Both the position numbers and the translations under genes were made by a program. Positions 1-9,847 of a stretch of 64,000 bases of DNA are shown here, one piece after another. The notes beneath the pieces were generated by a model. That model saw only the letters and a list, made by a program, of their open reading frames with translations, was not told where the DNA came from and did no database searches. Positions within the stretch are counted from its first letter, which is position 1. Each line of letters begins with the position of its first letter. The stretch comes from an uncultured Verrucomicrobia subdivision 3 bacterium (GTDB taxonomy: Bacteria > Verrucomicrobiota > Verrucomicrobiia > Limisphaerales > UBA11358). The stretch lies in contig CAIQWB010000033.1 in assembly GCA_903875465.1 (NCBI GenBank), positions 7,271-71,270 on the forward strand, given 5' to 3'.

Positions 1-150
1 GGTGCATTACCGACAGCAATCGGGTGGCCTATTCGATTAGTTATTGAGCCCAACCAGCGCAATGCGTGGCTCGGCAATGGTTCAATTGGCAAAGCGGCAA
101 AGCGTCCACAAACACTTGTCGCGGGGGGCATTCTTTGGCAGGCTCATTCC

Positions 151-987
151 ATGATCGCAAATACCATTCGCCGGATGCCGCGTCCGCAGGACATCGTGGG
201 CATGTCCACACAGGAATTGCGGGATACATTTCATATCAGCCATTTGTTCACCCCCGGGCAATTGAATGCCATGTTCACCGACCTGGACCGCCTGGTCGTG
301 GGCGGGGTAATGCCGATCGCCGAACCATTGGCTTTGGCCAATCACAAGGAAACGGGCCGGGCCTATTTTCTGGAGCGCCGGGAAATGGGGATCATCAATA
401 TCGGCGGTCCCGGGGTTGTACGGGCGGACAGCCAGTCCTTCCCGCTGCACAAACTGGATTGTGCGTACCTGCCCATGGGCACCAAGGACGTGACCTTTGC
501 CAGTGTGGACAGTGACCGGCCGGCCAAATTCTATTTCCTGTCCTGCCCGGCGCATGCGGCTTATCCCGCCACCAAGATGACGGCGGCGGAGGCCACCCCG
601 GTGTCGCTGGGAGCCCAGGAATCCTCCAACCAGCGCACGATTTACAAGTTCATCCATCAAGGTGGCATTCAAAGCTGTCAACTGGTCATGGGCCTCACGG
701 CCTTGGAGCCGGGCAATGTCTGGAATTCCTTCCCTCCCCACACCCACTTCCGCCGCACGGAGATTTATTTCTACTTTGATTTGGGCGACAAGGTGCTGGC
801 GCATTTTCTGGGTGAACCACAGGAATCGCGGCACTTGTTCCTGCATAATGAGGAAGTGGCGCTGTCACCGAACTGGTCGATGCACTTTGGGTGTGGCACC
901 AGCAATTACAAATTCATCTGGGGCATGGCTGGGGAAAACCAGGTTTTTGATGACATGGACCCGGCCAAGCCCTTGGATTTGAAATAA
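151..987 (+). CDS. kduI: 5-dehydro-4-deoxy-D-glucuronate isomerase (KduI)
   Basis: The 278-aa ORF has the same length as characterised KduI. It carries cupin-type segments (FPPHTHFRRTEIYFYF, WSMHFGCGTSNYKFIWGMAGEN). kduD follows it directly. Confidence 0.9.
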   Translation: MIANTIRRMPRPQDIVGMSTQELRDTFHISHLFTPGQLNAMFTDLDRLVVGGVMPIAEPLALANHKETGRAYFLERREMGIINIGGPGVVRADSQSFPLHKLDCAYLPMGTKDVTFASVDSDRPAKFYFLSCPAHAAYPATKMTAAEATPVSLGAQESSNQRTIYKFIHQGGIQSCQLVMGLTALEPGNVWNSFPPHTHFRRTEIYFYFDLGDKVLAHFLGEPQESRHLFLHNEEVALSPNWSMHFGCGTSNYKFIWGMAGENQVFDDMDPAKPLDLK

Positions 988-1019
988 CCGATCGTGATTG
1001 ATTTGCCGGAGGCGACTGT

Positions 1020-1796
1020 ATGAAACGATTTGAAAATAAAGTAGTGGTGGTAACGGGGGCCAGCCGGGGCATTGGCCAGGCGATATGCGTGGCCTTTGGT
1101 CGCGAAGGCGCGCGGGTGGCGGGCGTGGCGCGCAGTGACTTGACGGAAACGGGGGCCAGAGTGACCGCCGCGGGCGGCACGTTTCTGGCGGTCAACGCCG
1201 ATCTGGCCACCGGCAGCCAAAGCGAGGCCGCCGGGCTGATCGCGGGTATCCTGAAACAAACCGGCCGGGTGGATGCCCTGGTCAACAATGCCGGCATCAT
1301 CCGCCGCGCACGGGCGGTGGATTTTTCCGAAGCCGACTGGAATGCGGTGCTGCAAACCAACTTGTCGTCGCCTTTTTTCCTCTGCCAGGCCGTGGCCAAA
1401 TGGTGGCTGACCGGGGGTCGGGAGCAATCGCCCGCCGGATCACGGTTGAAGATCGTCAACATCGCCTCGCTGCTCTCCTTTCAAGGCGGCATCACGGTGC
1501 CCGCTTACACGGCCAGCAAGCACGGCATTGCCGGTGTGACCAAGGCGCTGGCGAATGAATGGGCCAAAGAACGCATCAATGTAAACGCCATCGCCCCCGG
1601 CTACATTGCCACCGACAACACCCAGGCCTTGCGCGACGATGCCAAGCGCAATCAGTCCATCCTCGACCGCATCCCCGAAGCCCGCTGGGGCCAGCCGGAG
1701 GACATCGCCGGCGGTTGCGTGTTCCTGGCGTCCGGGGATTCTGATTACTTCAACGGGGCCGTGATGAACATTGATGGCGGCTGGCTGGGACGTTGA
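1020..1796 (+). CDS. kduD: 2-dehydro-3-deoxy-D-gluconate 5-dehydrogenase (KduD), SDR family
   Basis: The 258-aa ORF has the Rossmann motif TGASRGIG, an NNAG segment and the catalytic YTASKHGIAG (Y-x3-K). It lies 32 nt downstream of kduI. Confidence 0.85.
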   Translation: MKRFENKVVVVTGASRGIGQAICVAFGREGARVAGVARSDLTETGARVTAAGGTFLAVNADLATGSQSEAAGLIAGILKQTGRVDALVNNAGIIRRARAVDFSEADWNAVLQTNLSSPFFLCQAVAKWWLTGGREQSPAGSRLKIVNIASLLSFQGGITVPAYTASKHGIAGVTKALANEWAKERINVNAIAPGYIATDNTQALRDDAKRNQSILDRIPEARWGQPEDIAGGCVFLASGDSDYFNGAVMNIDGGWLGR

Positions 1797-1812
1797 AGAC
1801 CAGCAACTCGCG

Positions 1813-3024
1813 ATGAAAAGCAAAAACGTCGGCGCGGCGATTCTACTGGCTACTTTTTTGGCCACTTTCACCGGTTGGGCCCAAACCAACGCCACCCTGG
1901 CAGTGGCCGGAGCCACCCCGCTGGAATGGTCGACCCGTCTGGCCCAGTCAGAAATCGTCCGGCTTGAACCCAAGCCGGCGAAATGGGATTACACCATGGG
2001 GTTGTTTACACTGGCCCTCCTGAAGCTGGACCAGGTCAGTCCAAACCCACATTACCTGGCTTTCAGCCAATCGGCGGTGGGTTCCCTGGTGGCGACGAAT
2101 GGGAGCATTCAAGGCTACAAACGGGAGGAATTTCAGTTGGATGCCTTAAACCCGGGCAAAACGCTGCTGGCGCTCTGGCAACAAACCAAGGAACCACGCT
2201 ACCGGCAGGCGGCAGAACTATTGTATCACCAACTGGCGCAACAACCGCGCACGGCCGAGGGCGGTTTTTGGCACAAACAGCGCTACACCAATCAAATGTG
2301 GCTGGATGGGCTTTACATGGCCGGACCCTTTCAAGCCCAGTGTGCCAGCTTGTTTGGACCGGCGGCAGCTTTTGACGATGCGGCCCGGCAAATCCACCTG
2401 GCCGAGCTGCATACGTTTGATGCTGCCAGCGGATTGTTTTATCACGGATGGGATGCCACCCATACCCAGCCCTGGGCCAACCCCGCCAGCGGCACGTCGT
2501 CCAATTTCTGGGGCCGCGCCCTGGGCTGGTACGCCATGGCTTTGGTCGATGAGTTGGATTATTTCCCCAAAGATCATCCGGCGCGCCCGGCACTCATCGC
2601 CACCTTGGGCAAATTATGCACCGGCATGGCACACTATCAGGATGCAACCTCCGGGCTGTGGTACCAGGTGGTGGACCAGGGCCACCGACCGGGCAATTAT
2701 CGGGAGACCACCGCCTCGGCCATGATGGTCTATGCCCTGGCCAAGGGTATCAACCATGGCTATGTCGGCGGGGAATTTCGGCCAGTGGCGACCCGGGGGT
2801 ATGCTGGCCTGATTAAACACTTTGTCACGCTGGACGGCCCGGATGACTGGTCGCTGCAACAATGTTGCTCCGTCGCCGGGCTGGGCGGCGCGCCCAGCAA
2901 TGGCCGGTACCGCGACGGCAGTTTTGCCTACTATGTCAGTGAGCCAGTGGTCAAAAATGACCTGAAAGGAGTCGGCCCGTTCATTCTCGCGGGAATTGAA
3001 TTGCAAGGCTGGCCAAACCCCTGA
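1813..3024 (+). CDS. Secreted GH105-type unsaturated rhamnogalacturonyl/glucuronyl hydrolase (YteR/YesR-like)
   Basis: The ATG at 1813 gives a signal peptide (MKSKNVGAAILLATFLATFTGWAQ). GH88/GH105-like segments are present (MWLDGLYMAGPF, NFWGRALGWYAMAL). The ORF-track start at 1771 overlaps kduD and is probably too long. Confidence 0.8.
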   Translation: MKSKNVGAAILLATFLATFTGWAQTNATLAVAGATPLEWSTRLAQSEIVRLEPKPAKWDYTMGLFTLALLKLDQVSPNPHYLAFSQSAVGSLVATNGSIQGYKREEFQLDALNPGKTLLALWQQTKEPRYRQAAELLYHQLAQQPRTAEGGFWHKQRYTNQMWLDGLYMAGPFQAQCASLFGPAAAFDDAARQIHLAELHTFDAASGLFYHGWDATHTQPWANPASGTSSNFWGRALGWYAMALVDELDYFPKDHPARPALIATLGKLCTGMAHYQDATSGLWYQVVDQGHRPGNYRETTASAMMVYALAKGINHGYVGGEFRPVATRGYAGLIKHFVTLDGPDDWSLQQCCSVAGLGGAPSNGRYRDGSFAYYVSEPVVKNDLKGVGPFILAGIELQGWPNP

Positions 3025-3039
3025 TACTTGCCCTTTATC

Positions 3040-5373
3040 ATGAACCTTGTTGCCCTTCGCCAAAGCCTGTTTGCGGGAGTATTGCTCCTCACCGTCAGTG
3101 CCCGCCTGACCGCCGATGAACCGGTGCCCAACGGTCTATCGCCGGAACCCAAGCCCGCCGCCATTCTGAGAGCCATGCAGACGGTGGCTGACTGGCAGCT
3201 CGCGCATGCCGAAACCAACCGGCCAAACGGCTGGGTGGGCGCCGTGGGCAATGTGGGGATCATGGCGCTGGCCGGCATATCCGGGGACCCCAAGTACCGT
3301 CAGGCCATGATGGAACTGGGCACGAATAGCGACTGGAAACTCGCCGCCTATCAAGGGCGCAAATATCATGCGGACGACCATTGCATTGGCCAGGTCTGGA
3401 CCGAACTTTATTTTAATTACCGCCAAAATTTCCAACTCGCGCCCGTGCGGGAACGTTTTGATTTCATCCTGAGCCATCCGTCGGACGCGGCCAGCCTGGA
3501 TTTCACCCTGCCCCATGGCAAAGCACAGGAACTGTGGTCCTGGTGCGATTCCCTGTTCATGGGTCCGCCCACCTGGCTGCGCCTCTATGCGGCCACGGAT
3601 GACGCGCGCTATTTGGATTTTGCCGTGACCAACTGGTGGCGCACCACCGATTACCTGTACGACAAAGACGCCCACTTGTTTTTTCGGGACAGTACCTTTT
3701 TCAAAAAACACGAGGCCAACGGGCAAAAGGTGTTTTGGAGCCGGGGTAACGGCTGGGTGTTTGCCGCCCTGCCCCGCATGCTCCAATATTTGCCGCGGAA
3801 CCATCCGGACCGTCCGCGCTTCGAGCAATTATTCAAGGATATGGCCGGAAAAATCCTGACCTGTCAGCAAGCGGATGGCCTCTGGCGTTCGAGTCTGTTG
3901 GATCCGGGCAGTTTTCCCCTCAAAGAAGTCAGTGGGTCGGGCTTCTTCACCTACGGCTTTGCCTGGGGCATCAACCAGGGTTTGCTGGACCGGGATACCT
4001 ATGGACCCGCCGTAACCAAAGCCTGGACCCAACTGGTGGGCTGCGTGGCGGAGAATGGCAAACTCACCCATGTGCAGCCGGTGGGAAGCGATCCGCGCAA
4101 ATTCGCGGATGATTCCACCGCCCCTTACGGGGTGGGCGCATTTTTGCTGGCAGGCAGCGAGATTTACCGAATGGCCGTGCTCTCCGCAGGGAAAATCGTG
4201 GTCGTCAAAGTAACGAACCCGGCCAATTTTCGGCGCGACTCGGAAACCGTGGAAGTATCGCTGAATGACGTCGCCGCCGCAGGCATTGACCGCCGAGTGT
4301 TTGCCTCGCGCAAGCTGTCGGTGATGGACGGGCTTTCCTCCCGGATTGTGGATTCGCAAACGTATGCCGCCGAGCCGAATCAATTTGTCGACACGCTGGT
4401 TTTCCAGGTCGATTTGGCTCCCGGCGAGACCCGGACGTACAACTTGCTGGCCTCGGCCGATCTGGCCGTGGTGCCACCGCCGATCGTCAAGACCATGGCG
4501 CGCTATGTGCCCGAACGCTATGATGATTTCGCCTGGGAAAGTGACCGGACCGCGCACCGCACTTATGGGCAGGCCCTCATTCCCGCAGAGCACACGGTCA
4601 CCAGCGGACCAGATGTGTGGATCAAAAAGACCCGCGGTCTGATTGTGGACACCATGTATGCCACCAAGCATTATCACGAGGACAACGGCGAGTTCATGGA
4701 TGACTATCGCGTGGGCCATAGCCGGGGGGACGGCGGCGTGGGGATTTGGGACGGCAAAAAACTCTACACTTCCAGCAACTATCGCAATTCGCGCGTGATC
4801 ACCTCCGGCCCGGTGCGGTCGGTCTTTGAACTGACTTACGACACCTGGGATGCCGGTGGCCGCGCGGTTTCCGAGAAGAAGCGCTATAGCATCGACGCCG
4901 GTTCATGGTTCACCAAGGCCCAGAGCACGTTTGACACCACCAACGGTCCGGCGCTCACGCTCGGCATCGGCTTGGCGGAACGGGCCTGCGGGCCAGACGG
5001 AACGGAACTGGTTGGCCAGGACCAAGCCGAAGGCTGGCTGAGTTACTGGCAGCCGGAAGACAAGCCGAAAGGCATCATCGGCGTGGCCGTGATCCTGCCG
5101 AAAGGCAGCGTGCAGGCCTTCACGAATGACGCCCCCGAAATGACGGAGGAACAAATCCATGCCGTGGTGCCCCAGCCTACGCATGAGGGCGCACCCGCCA
5201 TTCGTAATCTGCTGGCCATCACGCAGACCGAAGTGGGCAAACCCTTCACGTATTACTTTGGCGCCTGTTGGGACCGCAGCGGGGATTTTACGAATCACAG
5301 CGATTGGGAAAATTACGTCGCCCGGTTTGCCGCCCGCCGGGACGCTCCGCTCCAGGTAACTGTGGGTCAGTAA
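3040..5373 (+). CDS. Secreted two-domain protein: N-terminal GH105-like hydrolase fused to C-terminal DUF4861
   Basis: The ATG at 3040 gives a signal peptide (MNLVALRQSLFAGVLLLTVSARLTA). The N-terminal half resembles the preceding GH105 (WSWCDSLFMGPP, FWSRGNGWVFAAL). The C-terminal half carries the DUF4861-type segment VPERYDDFAWESDRTAHRTYGQAL. It sits in a pectin/uronate context. Confidence 0.75.
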   Translation: MNLVALRQSLFAGVLLLTVSARLTADEPVPNGLSPEPKPAAILRAMQTVADWQLAHAETNRPNGWVGAVGNVGIMALAGISGDPKYRQAMMELGTNSDWKLAAYQGRKYHADDHCIGQVWTELYFNYRQNFQLAPVRERFDFILSHPSDAASLDFTLPHGKAQELWSWCDSLFMGPPTWLRLYAATDDARYLDFAVTNWWRTTDYLYDKDAHLFFRDSTFFKKHEANGQKVFWSRGNGWVFAALPRMLQYLPRNHPDRPRFEQLFKDMAGKILTCQQADGLWRSSLLDPGSFPLKEVSGSGFFTYGFAWGINQGLLDRDTYGPAVTKAWTQLVGCVAENGKLTHVQPVGSDPRKFADDSTAPYGVGAFLLAGSEIYRMAVLSAGKIVVVKVTNPANFRRDSETVEVSLNDVAAAGIDRRVFASRKLSVMDGLSSRIVDSQTYAAEPNQFVDTLVFQVDLAPGETRTYNLLASADLAVVPPPIVKTMARYVPERYDDFAWESDRTAHRTYGQALIPAEHTVTSGPDVWIKKTRGLIVDTMYATKHYHEDNGEFMDDYRVGHSRGDGGVGIWDGKKLYTSSNYRNSRVITSGPVRSVFELTYDTWDAGGRAVSEKKRYSIDAGSWFTKAQSTFDTTNGPALTLGIGLAERACGPDGTELVGQDQAEGWLSYWQPEDKPKGIIGVAVILPKGSVQAFTNDAPEMTEEQIHAVVPQPTHEGAPAIRNLLAITQTEVGKPFTYYFGACWDRSGDFTNHSDWENYVARFAARRDAPLQVTVGQ

Positions 5374-5381
5374 TCCCTAAA

Positions 5382-6161
5382 ATGTTCCTCGACACCATTC
5401 ACGGAATTATTGACCGTCGGGTGTTGTTAAACTACCGCATTGATCCAACTGTACTCCAGCGGGTGCTACCGCCTCCCTTTCAGCCCAAATTATATGGCGG
5501 TTTCGGCATTGGCGGTGTCTGCATGATCCGATTCAAGCAACTGCGGCCCCGGTTCTTGCCCGCGTGGCTGGGCCTCGGTTCTGAGAATGCTGCTCATCGT
5601 ATCGCCGTCCAGTGGCAACAGGATGGAGAGGAACGCGAAGGCGTATTTATTCCTCGGCGCGACACCAATTCGTGGTTCAATCAAACCCTCGGCGGCCGCG
5701 TCTTTCCAGGCATTTTTCAAAGCAGCCGTTTTGAGTCTCGCGAGACGGAAGCTTCCATCTCACTGCGGATCCTGCGGGCGGACGGAGGCACTGAAATCGC
5801 CTTTGCAGGCCATAAGTCTGCAGAGTTGCCACATACAAGCATATTTCCCTCGCTGGAGGCCGCTGCGGGTTTCTTTTCGCTCGGAGCGACTGGGTATTCT
5901 GCAACCAATACAGCCGGGCATTATCACGGCATGGAACTCCACTCCTTGAACTGGACGTTAGCGCCGCTGGTCATTGATCGGGCGCAGTCCTGTTTCTTTG
6001 ACGATCAGCAGCGATTCCCGCCAGGTTCACTTGGACTGGACTGCGCGTTGCTTATGCGCGGGATTGAACATGAGTGGCGCAGTCGGCCTGATCTCTTTCT
6101 GTCTTCCACGGCCAAATACTTAACGACGCAAAATCCAAAAACTAGCGCCAAGCAGGACTGA
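5382..6161 (+). CDS. DUF2071-like (acetoacetate decarboxylase-fold) hypothetical protein
   Basis: The in-frame ATG at 5382 lies just after the upstream stop at 5371-5373. The N-terminus MFLDTIHGIIDRRVLLNYRIDPTVLQRVLPPPFQPKL is typical of DUF2071. The ORF-track start at 5268 overlaps the previous gene. Confidence 0.55.
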   Translation: MFLDTIHGIIDRRVLLNYRIDPTVLQRVLPPPFQPKLYGGFGIGGVCMIRFKQLRPRFLPAWLGLGSENAAHRIAVQWQQDGEEREGVFIPRRDTNSWFNQTLGGRVFPGIFQSSRFESRETEASISLRILRADGGTEIAFAGHKSAELPHTSIFPSLEAAAGFFSLGATGYSATNTAGHYHGMELHSLNWTLAPLVIDRAQSCFFDDQQRFPPGSLGLDCALLMRGIEHEWRSRPDLFLSSTAKYLTTQNPKTSAKQD

Positions 6162-6279
6162 CCAGTCGCCGATAATCAGATGACCTTTTTACTCTCCGTT
6201 CTGTCCTGCTTAAGGGGAATTTCAGTTTTAATTTTGCACCCCTTGACGACACCCAAAACCGCCTGCTAGGGTGGCAGTC

Positions 6280-7257
6280 ATGATAAAGTCTGTCACGCCC
6301 AAGATATTGCGGTTCAGTTTGCTGAGCTTGGCCGCCACCCTGACCATGTTGGTCCATGCGGAGCCATGGACTTTTGTGGTGGCTGGCGACGACCGCACTG
6401 ACGCCCGGCATTCACCTGATCCTACCGGGATCAATTCGGTTGTGTTGAAAAGCATGCTGCAAGCCGTTGCGGCCACCAAGCCTCGCTTCATGTTGTTCAC
6501 CGGCGACCTGATTATAGGTAATAACTTGTTGGTAAAGGCCAAAGCCGAAACCCAATTCAACAACTGGCAGTCCATCGTCAAGGCGGAAGCACCTGACCTG
6601 TTGGTGTTGCCGGTGCGCGGGAATCATGAAACCTATGGCGATCCAGACGGCAAACTTTGGACAAATATTTTCAAACCGGTGCTCGACGCCAGCCATGTCA
6701 CCTGGTTTCCCGGTGAGGAAGGTTTTAGTTTTTCCTATAGCGCTCCCGATCACCCGGAGGTGGTAGTCGTTGGGCTGGACCAATACCTGCCTGCCCACAC
6801 TCATCGCGTGAACCTCACCCAACTCGAACAAACGTTGCAACAGGCGCAAGTTAACAAAGCCGCCCACGTATTTGTATTTGCCCATGAAATGGCTTTCACT
6901 TGCACGAGCCATGGCGACGATGAAAACATGGCGGCCTTCCCGCGGCAGCGGGACCAGTTTGTGGACCTTCTCGTCAGCCACGGGTGCGAATATTTCTTCG
7001 CCGGCCACGATCACACGTTTGACTGGATGCTCATCCAGCATCCCAAATGGCCGGCTGACCGGGTGCTGAACCAAATTGTGGCCGGCACGGCGGGCGCGCC
7101 GTTTTATGCTGACCGAACCTATTTCGGCGATCATCACGGTTACTTGCTCATGCGGAAGGAACACCGGCAAAATACCCACGGTTTTTTACAGGTAACGATT
7201 GATGACAGCGCCACAACCAATCAAGTGCGTTGCGCCTTTGTGCCATTGTCTGAGTGA
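6280..7257 (+). CDS. Secreted calcineurin-like metallophosphoesterase
   Basis: The ATG at 6280 gives a signal peptide (MIKSVTPKILRFSLLSLAATLTMLVHA). Phosphoesterase motifs are present (VVAGDDRTD, FTGDLI, VRGNHE, FAGHDH). Confidence 0.75.
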   Translation: MIKSVTPKILRFSLLSLAATLTMLVHAEPWTFVVAGDDRTDARHSPDPTGINSVVLKSMLQAVAATKPRFMLFTGDLIIGNNLLVKAKAETQFNNWQSIVKAEAPDLLVLPVRGNHETYGDPDGKLWTNIFKPVLDASHVTWFPGEEGFSFSYSAPDHPEVVVVGLDQYLPAHTHRVNLTQLEQTLQQAQVNKAAHVFVFAHEMAFTCTSHGDDENMAAFPRQRDQFVDLLVSHGCEYFFAGHDHTFDWMLIQHPKWPADRVLNQIVAGTAGAPFYADRTYFGDHHGYLLMRKEHRQNTHGFLQVTIDDSATTNQVRCAFVPLSE

Positions 7258-7278
7258 GTTTGCCGCCTGCCAGCCCCA

Positions 7279-7656
7279 TCACAATCGGTACCGCAAACGC
7301 AGTTCGGAAAGCAAGTAATGTTCCACCGAGGAGACATGGGCGTCCCCGGCAAAAATGGCCTGCATGGCCGTGTACACTTTTTTGTGCTCGGAACGAACGG
7401 TGAAAGCTTGGGACAGGACAATTAACTGATCACGGGCGCGCTGAACCGGATGGGCCAGCGGTTTAATGCGTTCCACGGAGGCATCAAACTCCCGCTGGCG
7501 CTCCACTTCTGTATGATACCCCATGGCTTGAAAGAGGGAATCCAAGCGCGCATCGCTGGCGGGCGGCAGTTGACCGTCAGCTTCCAATGCCAGTAAATAA
7601 AGATCCAATAATGCCCGCTGCTGAAAGGGAGTAAAATCAGAGACGTCAATGTCCAT
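7279..7656 (-). CDS. Hypothetical protein (125 aa, helical, possibly TerB-like)
   Basis: Clean ORF with a short gap to its neighbours and no contradicting longer gene. There are no diagnostic motifs; the TerB-like impression is weak. Confidence 0.5.
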   Translation of the reverse strand: MDIDVSDFTPFQQRALLDLYLLALEADGQLPPASDARLDSLFQAMGYHTEVERQREFDASVERIKPLAHPVQRARDQLIVLSQAFTVRSEHKKVYTAMQAIFAGDAHVSSVEHYLLSELRLRYRL

Positions 7657-7732
7657 GGCCCAAGTCTGCCTGAGTTTCCGAATGAATTCAAGGATTGCCG
7701 GGAAGCTGCTAAATCCGGACGGTGGCGTGTAA

Positions 7733-8605
7733 TTATTTTGCCTTGGGCTTTGGCATCGGTGCCTTGGGAGCGGACGCGTGTTTCGCTTGTACTGGCTGTG
7801 GCTGTGGCTTGCCTGGTGAGGGTGAAGTTGTGCCGGCGGCGGCTGTGGCTGGCAGCGTTACCGTTACCGGCTTTTTAATTTGCTGGGCCAGCGAAGGGGT
7901 GAACCCGTATTCGCTCATGAAACCGTCAATGGGCGCGCGAATTTCCACCCGGCGCTTCGTAAATGGATCCACGTAACCCAGCTTGATGGCGCGCAAGCCC
8001 AGTTGCATGCGGCTGTCCACTTTGCCATAAAGCTCATCGCTGACGATGGGGCAACCGGATTGGGCCAGGTGAACCCGAATTTGATGGGTGCGCCCGGTGA
8101 GCGGGTGCGCCTCGATGAGCGAAATCCGCTCCTTCTTTTGCAACAGCTTGAACCGGGTCTCACTTTCCTTGCCTTCCTGTGTATCGATAATCATGCGACC
8201 GACCATGCGGGGATCCGGGGAGAGGGGGAGCCGGCAGGTCCATTCGGTTTCACGGGGCACACCCTCGACGATGGCCAGGTAGTTTTTCTCCATCTGGCGG
8301 CTTTCAAAGACATCGCCAAAAGCCTCGACCGCCCCCATGCTCTTGGCAAAGAGCATCACGCCGCTGGTGTCGGTGTCCAGGCGGTGAACATAGCGGAGGA
8401 ATTTCAGATTGCGGGAGCGGGCCCAGTAATCCCCGGCGCTGATGGAGGAATTGATCGCGGCCTGGAGATTGCGGTTGGTGTTCTGCCAGTTGACGGGCAC
8501 GAGCAACCAGCCCCGGGGTTTGTCGATGGCAAGCACCGAGCGATCCTCGTACAAAATCGGGATCGGTTCGCAATACGGAAGTTCGATAAAATTAGGTTTG
8601 GCCAT
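7733..8605 (-). CDS. RluA-family pseudouridine synthase with Lys/Pro/Ala-rich C-terminal tail
   Basis: It has the RluA-family catalytic segment HRLDTDTSGVMLFAK and the HQIRVHLA motif. The last roughly 50 aa are low-complexity (PSPGKPQPQPVQAKHASAPKAPMPKPKAK). Confidence 0.85.
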   Translation of the reverse strand: MAKPNFIELPYCEPIPILYEDRSVLAIDKPRGWLLVPVNWQNTNRNLQAAINSSISAGDYWARSRNLKFLRYVHRLDTDTSGVMLFAKSMGAVEAFGDVFESRQMEKNYLAIVEGVPRETEWTCRLPLSPDPRMVGRMIIDTQEGKESETRFKLLQKKERISLIEAHPLTGRTHQIRVHLAQSGCPIVSDELYGKVDSRMQLGLRAIKLGYVDPFTKRRVEIRAPIDGFMSEYGFTPSLAQQIKKPVTVTLPATAAAGTTSPSPGKPQPQPVQAKHASAPKAPMPKPKAK

Positions 8606-8780
8606 GGGTCAAATTGGGCAAGACGCGCCGGGCTTTCTGAACACCACTATTTGATAATCCCAAGGACAATCTGTGGAGTCCCGGGATTTGCCTGAACGGC
8701 GGACCTATACATCCGCAACAGATAGACGGGCTGGCATCTTGAACCAATTCAGGATATGCCACCCCAGCCAAGTTGCGAGA

Positions 8781-9494
8781 TTAAATTACTGGCTTTTGAG
8801 CCAACGGGGCGGATATCGCCCGTCGCCGGAAACCAATGACACCCAAAATAATGAGTCCGAGGGCAGCCAGTTGGTAACCGGAAAGGGAGCCGATGATCGG
8901 CGGGGTGGCGCGCAGGAATTCGTGGCAGAAGCGGAAGGTGCCGTAGGCGATCAGATAAATGTGAAAATGCTGGCCGGGCAGGATTTGGGCGCGGCGCAGG
9001 GCCAAAACCACGGCCAGCATGAGGGCGTTGAAGAGTAATTCCACGAAGGCGGCCGGCCACCGGGCGATGTCGTGGGTGTCGTTCAGGGTGAACCAGGCGG
9101 GGGTGCAGACGCGACCGAGGCAGCAACCATGGAGCAGGCACCCAACCCGGCCCAGCATGAGGCCGAGCGGAGTGACCACGGCAAACCAGTCACCGGTGCC
9201 GCCCGGGTAACTCAAGAAGTATTTGGCGATTTCCACGGCGGCGTAACCGCCCAGCAGACCGCCGACGATGGATTTGCCGGTGGCGAGTTGCTGCCAGCGG
9301 TCGGGATCGGGCCAGTGCAACCAGCCTTCGGCGCCAAGGTAAACCAGCTTGGCTCCCATGAGGGCACCGGCCAGCGCGGCCAAATAAATGAACACTAACC
9401 GCTCATCCCGCCGGGCCACTCGCGACCACAAGGCCAGGCTCACGAAGATGCCGGCGAGCATGAGCCAGCCGTAAGCGGTGGAAGCGGGCATCAT
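8781..9494 (-). CDS. lgt: Prolipoprotein diacylglyceryl transferase (Lgt) family protein, short form
   Basis: The ATG at 9494 overlaps the upstream stop (ATGA). Lgt-family motifs are present (GGLLGGY, GRVGCLLHGCCLG, YLIAYGTFRFCHEFLR) and the protein is polytopic. The ORF-track N-terminal extension to 9701 runs through the upstream gene. Confidence 0.8.
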   Translation of the reverse strand: MMPASTAYGWLMLAGIFVSLALWSRVARRDERLVFIYLAALAGALMGAKLVYLGAEGWLHWPDPDRWQQLATGKSIVGGLLGGYAAVEIAKYFLSYPGGTGDWFAVVTPLGLMLGRVGCLLHGCCLGRVCTPAWFTLNDTHDIARWPAAFVELLFNALMLAVVLALRRAQILPGQHFHIYLIAYGTFRFCHEFLRATPPIIGSLSGYQLAALGLIILGVIGFRRRAISAPLAQKPVI

Positions 9495-9835
9495 GGCGCG
9501 TTGCGACCCAGGGCAGCACAGCCAATTAAAACCGTCAGCACCACGTTGGCCACAAAAAACAATCCGGTTAAGAAAATTGCCAGGGCCACGCGCGTGCCCA
9601 CCTCCTGAAAACCCCGCACCAGTCCGATGGCCGCCGCCAGGCTGCAAACGGCATTGAAAATTAAGAGCGCCTCGCCAAGGCCGGGGGCCACACTGGTCCA
9701 TTGCATGATGCCCAATGTGAGCACACTGGGCATGAAGGCCGCGAAAACCCAGAGAATTTTGGTCAACGGTTTGGGAGCCGAATCCTTGGACGGCACTGGC
9801 TCCGTTGCCAGCGGCGGCTGGGGTGGTTCAGTCAT
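9491..9835 (-). CDS. Small membrane protein (114 aa, about 3 TM)
   Basis: It lies 12 nt downstream of the radical SAM gene and is translationally coupled to lgt. It has a Pro-rich N-terminus followed by hydrophobic helices. Its C-terminal pattern resembles the 139-aa protein at 11297-11716. Confidence 0.55.
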   Translation of the reverse strand: MTEPPQPPLATEPVPSKDSAPKPLTKILWVFAAFMPSVLTLGIMQWTSVAPGLGEALLIFNAVCSLAAAIGLVRGFQEVGTRVALAIFLTGLFFVANVVLTVLIGCAALGRNAP

Positions 9836-9847
9836 AAAATCCCCTGG

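Noticed and set aside
1-150. Upstream extension of kduI, since the frame is open to the window edge
   Set aside because: No in-frame ATG lies upstream. The 278-aa product from the ATG at 151 already equals the canonical KduI length.
82-846. 254-aa minus-strand ORF (and the 149-aa plus-strand ORF at 66-515) overlapping kduI
   Set aside because: These are shadow ORFs of a high-GC gene. The kduI frame has a full-length family-typical product, while these have Arg/Gly/Pro-rich junk composition.
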